Shown here one piece after another: positions 10,443-20,829 of a stretch of DNA of 64,000 bases. This stretch comes from a virus (taxonomy: Duplodnaviria > Caudoviricetes), in IMG/VR virus record IMGVR_UViG_3300010167_000010, positions 265,019-329,018 of that record; one strand, given 5' to 3'. How positions within the stretch are numbered: the first letter of the stretch is position 1; each line of letters opens with the position of its first letter. The position numbers and the translations under genes are program-made. The notes beneath the pieces are model-generated. The model saw only the letters and a program-made list of their open reading frames with translations. It was not told the origin of the DNA and did no database searches.

Positions 10443-12878
10443 ATGATTTTAGACAACAAGAATTATAATATTGAAAACAATTTGGAAACTGAATCTAGCG
10501 AATTTGAAATTGCTGCTAATGCAAAAATGTTTGATATATTATCAAATAAAATTTATGAAGATCCAATCAGAGCAGTAATTCGTGAGCTTTCCTGTAATGC
10601 TATCGATGCTAATATTGAAGTAGAAAATATTGAACCATTTAAAGTTTATCTTCCAACCCAAAATTATAAATCTTTAATTATTGAAGATAACGGTATAGGC
10701 ATGACCCATGAAGATGTTATGACAGTTTATAAATCTTATGGAAAATCTACTAAATCTAATTCTAATAAGGTAATTGGTGCATTAGGTTTAGGCGGGAAAA
10801 CACCTCTTGCTTATACTTCACAATTTATTTTAGAAACTGCAAAAGATGGAAAGAAAAATAGTTATATAATTTTTAAAGATGAAGATGGTATTCCAAACGT
10901 TACTTTAACTTCTTCAGAAGATACTGATATTTCTGGAACAAAAATTGAAATGATTGTTCGTAATGAAGATATCGATCTTTTTATTACAGCAGCTATTAAA
11001 ACTTTTGTTTTCTTTGATAAAATGCCGATAATTATGAGAGGAGAAGACGAGTTTTATAGAGTAATATATCAAAAATTTAGTAATACTATGGAAATAGGAA
11101 AGGCTAAATTAGCTTTTGATGAAGCTAGATTTTTATTAAAGAATGATTATATTTCTAATGAAAGCAACGGTGGCGATATTATTATTCGTAAAATATTAAA
11201 TAGCTATAATAGTACACATGGAATTATTATGGGACAAGTTTATTATTCAGTAAATCCTAAAGCAATTTTAAGAGATGGTTATGGAACAGCTGCTGAAGAA
11301 GTATTAAATTTTCCAAATTATAGTAATTATTCTGGCATAAGAAAAGTTATTCATGTAAATCTTGGTGATGTATCTTTTCAACCTTCACGTGAAGTATTAA
11401 ATTATAATAAATCTACAATTGCTTTACTTCAAAATAGATTTTATAATCATTTTGAAAATTATATCGTAAATATGGAAAATTACAAGGATCCAAAAACTTT
11501 CTTGAAGAATTTTTCTAAAATAAATTATGCAAAAGATGTAGTAAAAATCTCTACATGGGATGATACAAATCAAGATGTTTCTTCTATAAGAGATTTATAT
11601 AAAAATGTTATAAATTATTTGTATTCTGAAATTGATCAAAAAGAAGCAAATTATTATATTAAGCAACGCCATAATGGAACTTGGGAAGTACAAGCTATAG
11701 CTCAAGACAGCGCATCAAAAATACAAGACTTAAACACTACAAAAAGTATTTTTTCTGATATATTTGTAGAAAACAAAATAAAAAATATTATTGTATTAGA
11801 TGATGCAAATATTTCTGAAAAACTGGATAATTTTCATAAGAAAGCTTTAGAAAAACAAAGATTTTATTTTACTACTCCAATAAGTTTAAGAAATAAACTT
11901 GTTCTTCTTGATAAAACTATAAATACATTATGTGTAACTGAAAAGACAGCAAAAAAATTAAAAGCTTTTCTAAAAATAGATTTTATAAATTGTTCTAAAT
12001 TAGTAGTTACAAAAGAAGCTAAAATTAAAACAAAATCTGAAAGAGATACTTCTGCAAAATGTTATAATTATACTGAAAGAAGATATGCCGAAATTAATGA
12101 AGTATTAAAAATTACTAAGAAAAATAAAGTTACATATGAATGTTTTGAAGGAGAAGTAAATAAGAAAGGTTGGTGGTATACTCCTTTATTTGATGTAATA
12201 AATAAGAGTACAAAAATAAATAAGCAGGCTTGTATTAAAATAAATTATCATGGAAGCTATAATAATTGCAGTAATAGAGTAGAAGATTTTAATACGATAT
12301 TTAATATGCTTCCCAGTAATAGACCGCATCATTATTTGGTAGATTGGAATTTCTTTAAAAAATATATTATTGGAAATAAAAATTGGGTTCATATAAATGA
12401 TTATGCAACCAATTTAATTAAGGATAATTTTAATACAATTTCAACTAACGCATTAAATATAATTTTATTTGGTGATTCTCCATTTTATAGATCAACTCAA
12501 GCTGAGGCATTATTAAAACATGGAACTGAAAAATATCTTAATTTTGAAAATACAGCTTTTGGAATAGAATGTCAAAGAAAAATTAATGAATCGTTTAATA
12601 AAGAAACTGATATTAGCTTAAATAAAAAGACAGTATCTACATTTCATAATTCTCTTATGGGAATGAAAGAATATTTTAGTTCAGACAGTTTTAATAAACT
12701 ATTAAAAGATTTTGAAGAATTAAAATTAAAATTAGAAGCTGTCAATATAAAAAGAGTAAATTATTGTACAGAAATATATGAAAAATATCCGATGATTATT
12801 TATGCATTAAAATCTGATTTCGATAAAGATCACTTAATAAATTATATTGCAGAAAAAGAGAGCTTAGTATTAAAATGA
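10443..12878 (+). CDS. rIIA: rIIA-like protein with N-terminal GHKL/Hsp90-type ATPase
   Basis: ILSNKIYEDPIRAVIRELSCNAIDA, EDNGIGM, YGKSTK, IGALGLGGKTPLAYT, FQPSREVL are typical of phage rIIA. Confidence 0.85.
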   Translation: MILDNKNYNIENNLETESSEFEIAANAKMFDILSNKIYEDPIRAVIRELSCNAIDANIEVENIEPFKVYLPTQNYKSLIIEDNGIGMTHEDVMTVYKSYGKSTKSNSNKVIGALGLGGKTPLAYTSQFILETAKDGKKNSYIIFKDEDGIPNVTLTSSEDTDISGTKIEMIVRNEDIDLFITAAIKTFVFFDKMPIIMRGEDEFYRVIYQKFSNTMEIGKAKLAFDEARFLLKNDYISNESNGGDIIIRKILNSYNSTHGIIMGQVYYSVNPKAILRDGYGTAAEEVLNFPNYSNYSGIRKVIHVNLGDVSFQPSREVLNYNKSTIALLQNRFYNHFENYIVNMENYKDPKTFLKNFSKINYAKDVVKISTWDDTNQDVSSIRDLYKNVINYLYSEIDQKEANYYIKQRHNGTWEVQAIAQDSASKIQDLNTTKSIFSDIFVENKIKNIIVLDDANISEKLDNFHKKALEKQRFYFTTPISLRNKLVLLDKTINTLCVTEKTAKKLKAFLKIDFINCSKLVVTKEAKIKTKSERDTSAKCYNYTERRYAEINEVLKITKKNKVTYECFEGEVNKKGWWYTPLFDVINKSTKINKQACIKINYHGSYNNCSNRVEDFNTIFNMLPSNRPHHYLVDWNFFKKYIIGNKNWVHINDYATNLIKDNFNTISTNALNIILFGDSPFYRSTQAEALLKHGTEKYLNFENTAFGIECQRKINESFNKETDISLNKKTVSTFHNSLMGMKEYFSSDSFNKLLKDFEELKLKLEAVNIKRVNYCTEIYEKYPMIIYALKSDFDKDHLINYIAEKESLVLK

Positions 12879-13729
12879 TTAAACACATAATTACAGATGA
12901 AGCAATTTTAATTCCCACATCTAAAGGAGTTATTCAATATCAAAAAGATGATGATCTCTATAATGATATTTTAACCCTTGTAATGAAAGAAGATTCTACA
13001 TTAGAAGATATTAAAAAATTAAATTCTTCTTGTAATTATGAAGATGATGATATAGTTTTTATTCAAGAAAAAAATACAGATTCAGTAGAAGTTATTTTTA
13101 ATGGAAGATATCATTTTTTAAATCATACTTTTGTTTCTAGACTTATTCAAATGTTAAAATTAAATGATGGTTTTCAAATGAAACACGCAGCTAATTTTAT
13201 CAAAAGATTATTAAAAAATAATTTTAATTTAACTAATACTTTAGAAAAATTATTAGAAATTGGTTTTTTATATACTCCTTCTGGACAAATTATTTCAGTA
13301 AAAAATTTTGAAAATGAAGGCAAAGGTGTTTTTGCAAAAAAGAGGTCTTTTGCTGAAAAAGATATGATTAAAAAAACTTTCATTTTAATAAACCCTGAAG
13401 ACATTGATGCTCATTTTAATTTTGATCAATATATAGTTTTAGCTAATGTTATGGGCCCTGAAATTTTTGGAGAAAAATATCAAACATTTCTTAATGGTTC
13501 TTGTATAGGTGATGCAGATGAATTATTTAATATATTTAATGTTTTTGAAAAATGCAAAAATAACTATTTATTAAAAGATATAGAAGATTTTACAAGCTTT
13601 AATAAAGAGATAGAAGAAAAATTAGGTGTAGAAATAAATATGAAAAATAGAAAAAGTTCTGAAGTAGTTCTTTCTATATCTCGTTTAATGAAGTTTAAAA
13701 AAATAGTAAATAATATCTTATTTGACTAA
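12875..13729 (+). CDS. Divergent rIIB-like protein
   Basis: Overlaps the rIIA stop; ANFIKRLLKN ... YTPSGQIISVK resembles rIIB NF..RL..N/TPDG.F.AYK. Confidence 0.5.
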   Translation: MIKHIITDEAILIPTSKGVIQYQKDDDLYNDILTLVMKEDSTLEDIKKLNSSCNYEDDDIVFIQEKNTDSVEVIFNGRYHFLNHTFVSRLIQMLKLNDGFQMKHAANFIKRLLKNNFNLTNTLEKLLEIGFLYTPSGQIISVKNFENEGKGVFAKKRSFAEKDMIKKTFILINPEDIDAHFNFDQYIVLANVMGPEIFGEKYQTFLNGSCIGDADELFNIFNVFEKCKNNYLLKDIEDFTSFNKEIEEKLGVEINMKNRKSSEVVLSISRLMKFKKIVNNILFD

Positions 13730-14483
13730 TATGAAAAGTTATAATTGGAATCCTTTTTCACTTGTAGATAGTCCCACAGGTTCAGCTGCAGTAGTTTATA
13801 CATGCGGCTGCCATTTAAGTTGTCCTTATTGTTTTAATCCAGAATTACGACAATTTAATTCAGGTAATTTTGATAAAAAACAAATTATAAAAAAAATTAA
13901 ATCTCTTCAAATTGTACCAGACCCAATAGTTAATGGTTCTGAAATTTTTAATACAGTTGAATGGCTTATTATTTCAGGTGGAGAACCATTAGATGCTCCT
14001 AGTAATGAACTTGTAGAAATAATAAATGTCGGGGCTGAAACAGATTTAAGAATTGGGTTTTTTACATCTGGTTATAATATACATCAATTTAAACAGATAA
14101 TCGATCAAACTGATATAGAATATTTTCATATAGATTATAAAGGTTTAGAAAATGATAAAGAAACTTTAGAATCTATAGAATATTTATATGAAAGATTTTG
14201 TAGTAGATATAATCATATGTATATTCATATAAATACTACGATAATGAGATCATTTCATACAGAAGAAAAATTATTTGAAATGAAAAAGAAATTAATGAAA
14301 ATATTATATAAAAATAAAAATATTCCAATTTTTATAAATAAACCAGATACTTCTGATAGATTATTATTTTGGACTTTAACACCTATATCTATAAATCATC
14401 AAAACACTTTAACAAAATTAAATTATATTAAAGATGGTTTTTTGGAAGAAGATTTAGATTTTTTAAAAGCAATTGTAAAATAA
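13722..14483 (+). CDS. Radical SAM activase (NrdG/PflA-like)
   Basis: GCHLSCPYCFNP (CxxxCxxC) and ISGGEP. Confidence 0.8.
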   Translation: MTNMKSYNWNPFSLVDSPTGSAAVVYTCGCHLSCPYCFNPELRQFNSGNFDKKQIIKKIKSLQIVPDPIVNGSEIFNTVEWLIISGGEPLDAPSNELVEIINVGAETDLRIGFFTSGYNIHQFKQIIDQTDIEYFHIDYKGLENDKETLESIEYLYERFCSRYNHMYIHINTTIMRSFHTEEKLFEMKKKLMKILYKNKNIPIFINKPDTSDRLLFWTLTPISINHQNTLTKLNYIKDGFLEEDLDFLKAIVK

Positions 14484-14484
14484 A

Positions 14485-16773
14485 TTATGCACGATTTCTT
14501 CTAAAAATATTTCCTAAACCTCTGCGTGCTGGTGCAGCAGCTTCAGCTACTTCTGGTGCATTTGGGAAATATTTAAATTCTTGACCTCTACCTGCATCAA
14601 AACTTACTACCCTACCAATTTGTTGGCCTGCTTCATTATAAGCGTTTCCGTCTCTAACAAACATTTCAACTCCATCTATAGTCATTGGTCTAGCTGTATA
14701 AAATCCTCCAGTTTCATTGGGTAATACAAGAATATCTTCATTGCCTCTTGCAGTTGGTAAATTAACTGTTGTCGGTTGTCCAGAGGTTGCAACTTCATGA
14801 CCAATCGTGCCAGGTCTAGGATTATTCATAGAATTAAAACCATCTGGCGATTGAATAGCTAAATTACCATTCCCATCACTTACAAAATTAATTTCATTTG
14901 CAGCTTGTTGTGCTACTTGTTGGTTTACGCCTTGTCTAGCAATTTCATCTGCAATTACATTATCTGGAATAACTTGACCATTTGCTAAATTTTCACCAAT
15001 ATCAGCTATATTTTTTAATGCCTCATCATTTAATTCTACACCATATTTTTGACAAATTTGATTTAATTGATATGTTTCATATGGGTCTATTATAGTTTTT
15101 ATTGGTTCCATTCCTGGAGGAGTAATATCTGGAACTAATTCAGCTACTATTATTTGAGCTTCATTAGGATCTAATCCATTTTGTTCAGCTATTTCAATAA
15201 TAGCATTATTTATTTCTTCAGTACCAGCTCCAGCAGCAACTTGTTGTTCAATTACATCTAAACATTTTGGAACTATGTCATAAACTGCATCTGATTGTAA
15301 ACCATCTGCAACTAAATTTCCACATATAGATTCTAATTGTGCTGGACTTATATCCCCACCCTGAGAAATAATTTGATGTGGCGAAATTCTTTGTTGGGCC
15401 CAGTTTATATCAGCTTGTGTTAATTGAACTTGAGTACCATCTGTACGAGTTATAACATCCCCAACGTTTGCTTCTGCTTGTGCTGCAATAGAATTATGAA
15501 CTGTACTAGGTGGTTGTGTTTGTGCAGTTAAAGTTTCTATAGAATTCATTGCTTCAGCTTCAGCTGCCGATATTGCGTCACTAGACGATGCAACAATCTC
15601 TGCTGCTTCTGGAATTGCCGCCGCAAATGCGCCTGCTAAAGAAGAAACTCCAGCTTGTAATGCTGCGGAAGCTCCCATCATAAATCCACCACCAAGTGCA
15701 ACACCACCAAGAATAGAAGCAAAAGTTTTTAAGAATATTTTACCCTTATCTGATGATTGTAATTTTTTTAATATCCATTGTGCTATTTTATTTTTAGAAT
15801 TTTGTAATGCTTCAATAATAGTGTCATATGCTTTTTCTCCTAGTTGACCGCCTTTTTCGGCTCCATATTTTCCAAACTTTAACATAAAGTGGGCAACTAC
15901 AATACCAGTTACAGCTCCTAATAAAATTCCTGGAGGACCAAATGGTGCAAACATTGCTCCAAATTTAAACATTGATGCACCATAAGCTAATGGTTTAGCT
16001 ATTTTAGCAACAACACCACCAATTTTTCCAAGTAAGCCTTTTAAGAAACCACCTTTTTTACCAGCAGGTTTAATTGTATCAGCTAATTCTTGTGATGCTT
16101 GTTTATATGTAACTTGACCATGTAATATTTTAGATTGTAATTCTCTAGCTATATCTTGAGCAGTTTTTTCAATTTCTGGAATTGTCATTGCTTCTAATTC
16201 TTCTGTTTCTGGAATAGATTCAATTTCAATTTTTCCCATTTCTCTATCGTTATCTAATTTTTGTTCTATAGGTGTTTCAGCTGGTCTATTTGCTCTATCA
16301 TCTCTTCTTTTTTGTAATCCAGAACGAATATCGTCACCTGGGGTATCTTTTTTTAATTTACGTCTAATATATGCGGCGTCATTTTCTCTATCTTTTCTAG
16401 CTCTTTCTCTACCAAAATAATCTTCATCTGATTCATCTGATTTACGAACTAATTTACGTTCTTGTAAATGATTACTATCTTCAAATAAAGATATTCTAGC
16501 ATATTCTTCTAATAAACGATTTTTATTTTCTCTTAAATTAAATGACGGGTTAAAAATTTGTTCTTCTAATCTCATCATATTTATAATTGCTTCTCTTAAA
16601 TAAGGCCAATCTTTATCACAAATAGCTGGTGCAATTTCTTTATAAAATTCACTTAATTTAAATTGTGGAAGCCAAGTTCCTTCGCGAGCTTCTCTTAGTA
16701 TTTGTTGATTTTCTCTTAATCGAATTTTTCGTTCACGAACTGTTTCATTATTATTTAAAAAATTATCTATCAT
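14485..16773 (-). CDS. Putative internal virion/ejection protein with Gly/Ala-rich hydrophobic segments
   Basis: LRE-rich N-terminus, candidate membrane helices, N-terminal domain shared with the neighbouring gene. Confidence 0.5.
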   Translation of the reverse strand: MIDNFLNNNETVRERKIRLRENQQILREAREGTWLPQFKLSEFYKEIAPAICDKDWPYLREAIINMMRLEEQIFNPSFNLRENKNRLLEEYARISLFEDSNHLQERKLVRKSDESDEDYFGRERARKDRENDAAYIRRKLKKDTPGDDIRSGLQKRRDDRANRPAETPIEQKLDNDREMGKIEIESIPETEELEAMTIPEIEKTAQDIARELQSKILHGQVTYKQASQELADTIKPAGKKGGFLKGLLGKIGGVVAKIAKPLAYGASMFKFGAMFAPFGPPGILLGAVTGIVVAHFMLKFGKYGAEKGGQLGEKAYDTIIEALQNSKNKIAQWILKKLQSSDKGKIFLKTFASILGGVALGGGFMMGASAALQAGVSSLAGAFAAAIPEAAEIVASSSDAISAAEAEAMNSIETLTAQTQPPSTVHNSIAAQAEANVGDVITRTDGTQVQLTQADINWAQQRISPHQIISQGGDISPAQLESICGNLVADGLQSDAVYDIVPKCLDVIEQQVAAGAGTEEINNAIIEIAEQNGLDPNEAQIIVAELVPDITPPGMEPIKTIIDPYETYQLNQICQKYGVELNDEALKNIADIGENLANGQVIPDNVIADEIARQGVNQQVAQQAANEINFVSDGNGNLAIQSPDGFNSMNNPRPGTIGHEVATSGQPTTVNLPTARGNEDILVLPNETGGFYTARPMTIDGVEMFVRDGNAYNEAGQQIGRVVSFDAGRGQEFKYFPNAPEVAEAAAPARRGLGNIFRRNRA

Positions 16774-17763
16774 TTATTTACCCTTCATCGCGGTTCTAGT
16801 ATTTTTATCTTGAGCTATAGTAGCTGTATTTGCATTTCTTGCTACCTCATCTGCCGCCCTTTGATTTGCACCTTTATTTGCTGCAGCACTTACAGTATTT
16901 TGAAATTGATTTACATTGTTTTTAATACCTTGTCCAAAATTTTGAATTTTATTTTTAACGCCCTTTACTGTATCGAATGCACCACCTATCTTATTAGCAA
17001 GCCATCCACCACCTCCGCCCATTTGTTTATTAGCATTATTTATTTGATGACCTGTACCAGTATCAACTTCTTTTTTATTATCTTGTGCAGGAGCAGCTTG
17101 ATTATTCTGTGTAGCAGCATTATTTTGATTATTTTCGGCAGGTTGTTCTGCACTACCTTCTTGGTTTTGATCTTGGCCTTCACTTTGATCAGCTTGTTCG
17201 TTTCCGCCTTCTTGGTTTTGTTCTTCTCCATCTTGATTTTCAGAATTTTCTTCTGCAGGTGGTGCTTCTTGATTTTGACCTTCCTGATTATTTCCTTGAT
17301 TTTGATTATCAGGTTGTTGATTACTATCTCCACCAGCATTTACTTCATTAGATAAATTATCTAATTCAGTTTTAATTTTATCAATCATATTTTGAATATT
17401 ACCAGTATTTATTTCTTCTCGTAATGAATTAGATCTTAAACAAGCTATATTAAAATAATATTCTAATAATCGAGTATTACTTTTATCTAAATTAAAAGCT
17501 GGAGAAAAAATATGTTGTTCTAAAAATTTAAGTTTATTTACAACGGTATCTAAAACTTTCTGTTCTTCTAAATTAAAATGTTTATAATAAGGTTTATATA
17601 ATTCTGATAATTTTTTAATTGGGATAAGTTCACCTCTTCTTATTCCCATTAAAGTCTTTTTATAAATTATATCTTCAGTTTTTTGTTCTCTTACTGTTTT
17701 ATAAGAATCTGCATACTGAATAAAACTATTTATATTACTATTATAAATATTCTCAAAGTTCAT
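16774..17763 (-). CDS. Putative internal head protein with Q/N/E low-complexity region
   Basis: N-terminal domain paralogous to 14485..16773 (KLSE.YK ... IF.P.FNL ... RLLE.Y). Confidence 0.5.
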   Translation of the reverse strand: MNFENIYNSNINSFIQYADSYKTVREQKTEDIIYKKTLMGIRRGELIPIKKLSELYKPYYKHFNLEEQKVLDTVVNKLKFLEQHIFSPAFNLDKSNTRLLEYYFNIACLRSNSLREEINTGNIQNMIDKIKTELDNLSNEVNAGGDSNQQPDNQNQGNNQEGQNQEAPPAEENSENQDGEEQNQEGGNEQADQSEGQDQNQEGSAEQPAENNQNNAATQNNQAAPAQDNKKEVDTGTGHQINNANKQMGGGGGWLANKIGGAFDTVKGVKNKIQNFGQGIKNNVNQFQNTVSAAANKGANQRAADEVARNANTATIAQDKNTRTAMKGK

Positions 17764-17771
17764 ATTTTCTC

Positions 17772-18476
17772 CTAATAATTTTGTACTATAGAACTCATTG
17801 GTACCTGTAAATTACGAGGCATCATAGTATTTATTTTTCTTCTAAAATTGATAAACTCTTGGGGAATATCACACCATCTTAATGGACATCTTTTCCAACC
17901 AACTGTTTCCCAATGTGTAGTTAAAATTTCTACTGTTCTATTATTTCTCGTTAAAATATCTACAACTAATTTTTCTAATGAATCCATTGTTGCTGGAGTA
18001 AATAAGCCATCCCATGCTGAATGACATAATCCAATTCCAATAGCATGCCAATTATTAGTTCTATTTCTACAAACATCTTCACCATATAATCTTCTAGCAA
18101 AATCTGTATAAATTTTTCCAGATTTTGGATCATTTTGAGAACTTCCTACATGCCAAGCTACTTCATTTTCTGGCACAACTCTCATAATTTCACCATCAAT
18201 GCCAATTAAATATTGATAAGAACCAAAGGCTTGTGCTGATTCAAACCAGCGTCTGTTTGCAGTTGGTGTAGTACCAGGATTAGCTACCCAATGAATAGCT
18301 ATAGCCCTTAATTCTCTCATTGCATCACCACGTCTGTTTTGACTACCTCGAGGTAGTAATTGTTCATTTATATTCAATTGTTTAATCTCCTCTTCTTTTT
18401 CTTCATATTCTTCTATTTCTGATTTTTCTTTTATTCCAAATAATATTCGGAATATTTTCATTAAAAAATCTATCAT
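17772..18476 (-). CDS. N-acetylmuramoyl-L-alanine amidase (Amidase_2), probable endolysin
   Basis: IAIHWVANP, SYQYLIGIDG, PENEVAWHVG, AIGIGLCH, TTH, KRCP. Confidence 0.88.
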   Translation of the reverse strand: MIDFLMKIFRILFGIKEKSEIEEYEEKEEEIKQLNINEQLLPRGSQNRRGDAMRELRAIAIHWVANPGTTPTANRRWFESAQAFGSYQYLIGIDGEIMRVVPENEVAWHVGSSQNDPKSGKIYTDFARRLYGEDVCRNRTNNWHAIGIGLCHSAWDGLFTPATMDSLEKLVVDILTRNNRTVEILTTHWETVGWKRCPLRWCDIPQEFINFRRKINTMMPRNLQVPMSSIVQNY

Positions 18477-18763
18477 GCAGTAACGTGTCTATTATTATGT
18501 TTCTTAAATTCTTTTAAGAATTTTTTCATTAAACGAATAATAATATCTTCTCTATAATGTTCATTACTTTGTTTAAATACTTTATCAAACTTATCGTCGA
18601 TATCTCTTCTTAATTCTTTTATTTCGTTAAAAGCTTTATCAATATTATCTTTATTTGATTGATTTATAATAGTCCATTTACTTGCATTCCAAAAACCAGT
18701 TCCTATTAAACCGGCTATCATTATTATAACAGTAACTAAAGATATAATTGTTGATGTGTCCAT
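18473..18763 (-). CDS. Single-TM coiled-coil protein, holin-like candidate
   Basis: N-terminal TM plus coiled coil; overlaps the amidase start. Confidence 0.45.
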   Translation of the reverse strand: MDTSTIISLVTVIIMIAGLIGTGFWNASKWTIINQSNKDNIDKAFNEIKELRRDIDDKFDKVFKQSNEHYREDIIIRLMKKFLKEFKKHNNRHVTA

Positions 18764-18764
18764 T

Positions 18765-19361
18765 TTATTTGATTTTCTCCTTTTTCATCCACCAAAGCAA
18801 GAAATCATCAATTTGGCCATCTAATAATTTTGATTTACCAATAGTTGTAGTTCTATATACTCCGGCATCATCATTTCTTTTTCTATCTTCATTTTCTATT
18901 TCGGTTCTTTCTTTTCGTTTTTTAGTAATAATTCCTTCTCTCCAAGCTTCATAAGATGAAGGACCACCTTTTTCACCATCTAAAGTACCATCTTCTTTTA
19001 ATGTCCCACCATTAGTCCATTTTTGTAATTGATAACGAACTAAATTGACATTACTATCTTCATTACATAAATCTTCTTTTAATCTATTACTTGTAGCTGC
19101 CTTAAAAATTTCTTCATTTAAAACTTGTAAAGTTCCAATAAGCTCTTCACTTTCATCTAATTCTTCACCATAATTTAAATAAACATTATTTTCTTCTATT
19201 TTATCTAAATCAGTTTTTTCTACTAATATTCTTTGATTTTCAGGTGTTGTAGCATTTAAAGAACTAGGTCCTCCATCAGAGGCTGTTACACATTCATAAA
19301 TATTTTCAAAAATGTTATTCTTGTTCATCATAATTTTCCTTTGGCTCTTGATTATACCCAC
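18765..19361 (-). CDS. Putative head-associated protein
   Basis: NIFENIYE and LKE motifs shared with core proteins. Confidence 0.4.
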   Translation of the reverse strand: MGIIKSQRKIMMNKNNIFENIYECVTASDGGPSSLNATTPENQRILVEKTDLDKIEENNVYLNYGEELDESEELIGTLQVLNEEIFKAATSNRLKEDLCNEDSNVNLVRYQLQKWTNGGTLKEDGTLDGEKGGPSSYEAWREGIITKKRKERTEIENEDRKRNDDAGVYRTTTIGKSKLLDGQIDDFLLWWMKKEKIK

Positions 19362-19677
19362 CGATATATCCGCCCATTGTTGAGTTTATTATTTGAATAA
19401 TTTCTTCTTGGGTTGCACCCCATCCTTTAGAGATCATTTCAATTGCTTCAGTTTTTGAGAAATCTTCATTTAAAACTAAAGAAACAAAATCTCCAGTTAT
19501 TTCATCACACTCGAAATCTTTAAAAGAGATATCATCATCTTCATCGAAATCATAATCAGATGATTCTCTAATTTTATCGTTTAATCTATCATATTTATGA
19601 ATAAATGATTCTTTTATTGGAATCTTCTTTTCATAAACAGACTCAAAAATTTCATTTAAAGTTTTGTTGTCTTTCAT
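19315..19677 (-). CDS. Acidic putative head protein
   Basis: EIFESVYE, IKE/IRE motifs; ACTAAATAAT upstream. Confidence 0.45.
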   Translation of the reverse strand: MKDNKTLNEIFESVYEKKIPIKESFIHKYDRLNDKIRESSDYDFDEDDDISFKDFECDEITGDFVSLVLNEDFSKTEAIEMISKGWGATQEEIIQIINSTMGGYIGGYNQEPKENYDEQE

Positions 19678-19703
19678 ATTATTTAGTATTTTATTTTACA
19701 ATA

Positions 19704-19731
19704 AATAAAAAGGCCCTGAAAATCAGGGCCT
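19704..19731 (-). terminator. Intrinsic terminator
   Basis: GGCCCTGA-TTT-TCAGGGCC followed by T run on the minus strand. Confidence 0.8.
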
Positions 19732-19736
19732 TCAAG

Positions 19737-19832
19737 TTATTTCTTTTTCTTTGGTTTTTGCTTTTGTTGTTTTGGAGCAGCAGCAGGCTTATTCGTCTTC
19801 GCTGTCTTCTTCTTCGCCATCGTAATCGCCAT
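19737..19832 (-). CDS. Overprinted 31-aa basic peptide MAITMAKKKTAKTNKPAAAPKQQKQKPKKKK
   Basis: GAGGAGG SD 9 nt upstream inside the acidic ORF; ends just before the terminator. Confidence 0.55.
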   Translation of the reverse strand: MAITMAKKKTAKTNKPAAAPKQQKQKPKKKK

Positions 19833-19998
19833 TTTCATCTTCCTCCTCTTCGTCATATTCTTCTTCATCGTAATCATCATATTCATTACAAACTTCGTCG
19901 TATAAATCAGCTAAATCTACTTCAGCTTGTTCTCTACTACCGTCTTTTATAGTTTCAATGATCTCTTCAAGTCGTTCAATTAATTCCTCATCTTTCAT
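19789..19998 (-). CDS. Very acidic small protein, 69 aa
   Basis: AAGGAG SD; D/E-rich tail. Confidence 0.7.
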   Translation of the reverse strand: MKDEELIERLEEIIETIKDGSREQAEVDLADLYDEVCNEYDDYDEEEYDEEEEDENGDYDGEEEDSEDE

Positions 19999-20027
19999 AT
20001 TAAATATTCTCCTTTATAACTTAGTTA

Positions 20028-20759
20028 TTAGTCTAATCTTTGAGTCCATTCAGTTGGTGATTTCCAATCTGCGTTTTGACCTAGGTCTAAAGTATTTCCA
20101 CCGAATTGAGGATAATCCATATCCATAAATTGGAAAGTAACTGTAAACTTATTAGGATCTGTTCCTTCAGTACTAAATGCAATACCACCCATTTTTGATA
20201 CCCAAACGTTATAAAAAGACCATAAAGCTAATGGATTCATTTTACTTCTTGTAGTTAAGTGACCATAAGTATCTTGAATATCTTCTGGACCAGCGTCAGC
20301 TTTTTTTCCTGTACCATTTGGGCTGTTAACTGTTGTTGCATAATATGCGCCGGCAATTGTTCCAACGTCTACTCTTCCAAAGAATTGTGTTGCATTAGAT
20401 ACACCACCAGTTACTGGATCTACTACTGCCATTAACCAAGCACTAAATCTACGTCTTAAGTCAAATGCAGCATCTTCTCTAAATTCTATTTCAAATTGTC
20501 TATCTAATACTAAAGTAGCATTTGGTCTTTTAATTGTAATACCGTGATATTTTATTTCATATGTTCCAACTTCAACATCTGGAATATTAAAAGCTGTTGC
20601 TCTAACAGTTATTGGATATGATTGAAATGGGTTTTGATCTGGTTGTCCACTTGCAGATGGGAAGTAAATCTTAATATCATACATTTGGACTAAAAGGTCG
20701 GCACCTGAGTTTACTAAACCTCTAATAGGTGCAGTTGTTTTATTTGCATTATAAGCCAT
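20028..20759 (-). CDS. Tail tube protein-like (T4 gp19-like)
   Basis: F..P.VEVG..I.Y.G, FEIEFRE...LRRRFSAW, W.FYNVW.S, F.VTF.F pattern of myovirus tube proteins. Confidence 0.6.
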   Translation of the reverse strand: MAYNANKTTAPIRGLVNSGADLLVQMYDIKIYFPSASGQPDQNPFQSYPITVRATAFNIPDVEVGTYEIKYHGITIKRPNATLVLDRQFEIEFREDAAFDLRRRFSAWLMAVVDPVTGGVSNATQFFGRVDVGTIAGAYYATTVNSPNGTGKKADAGPEDIQDTYGHLTTRSKMNPLALWSFYNVWVSKMGGIAFSTEGTDPNKFTVTFQFMDMDYPQFGGNTLDLGQNADWKSPTEWTQRLD

Positions 20760-20829
20760 TTTTATCTCCTATAAATAAATAGATTGTTTTCAAATATTCT
20801 TTATAACTTTAAAAATGATACTAACTAAT

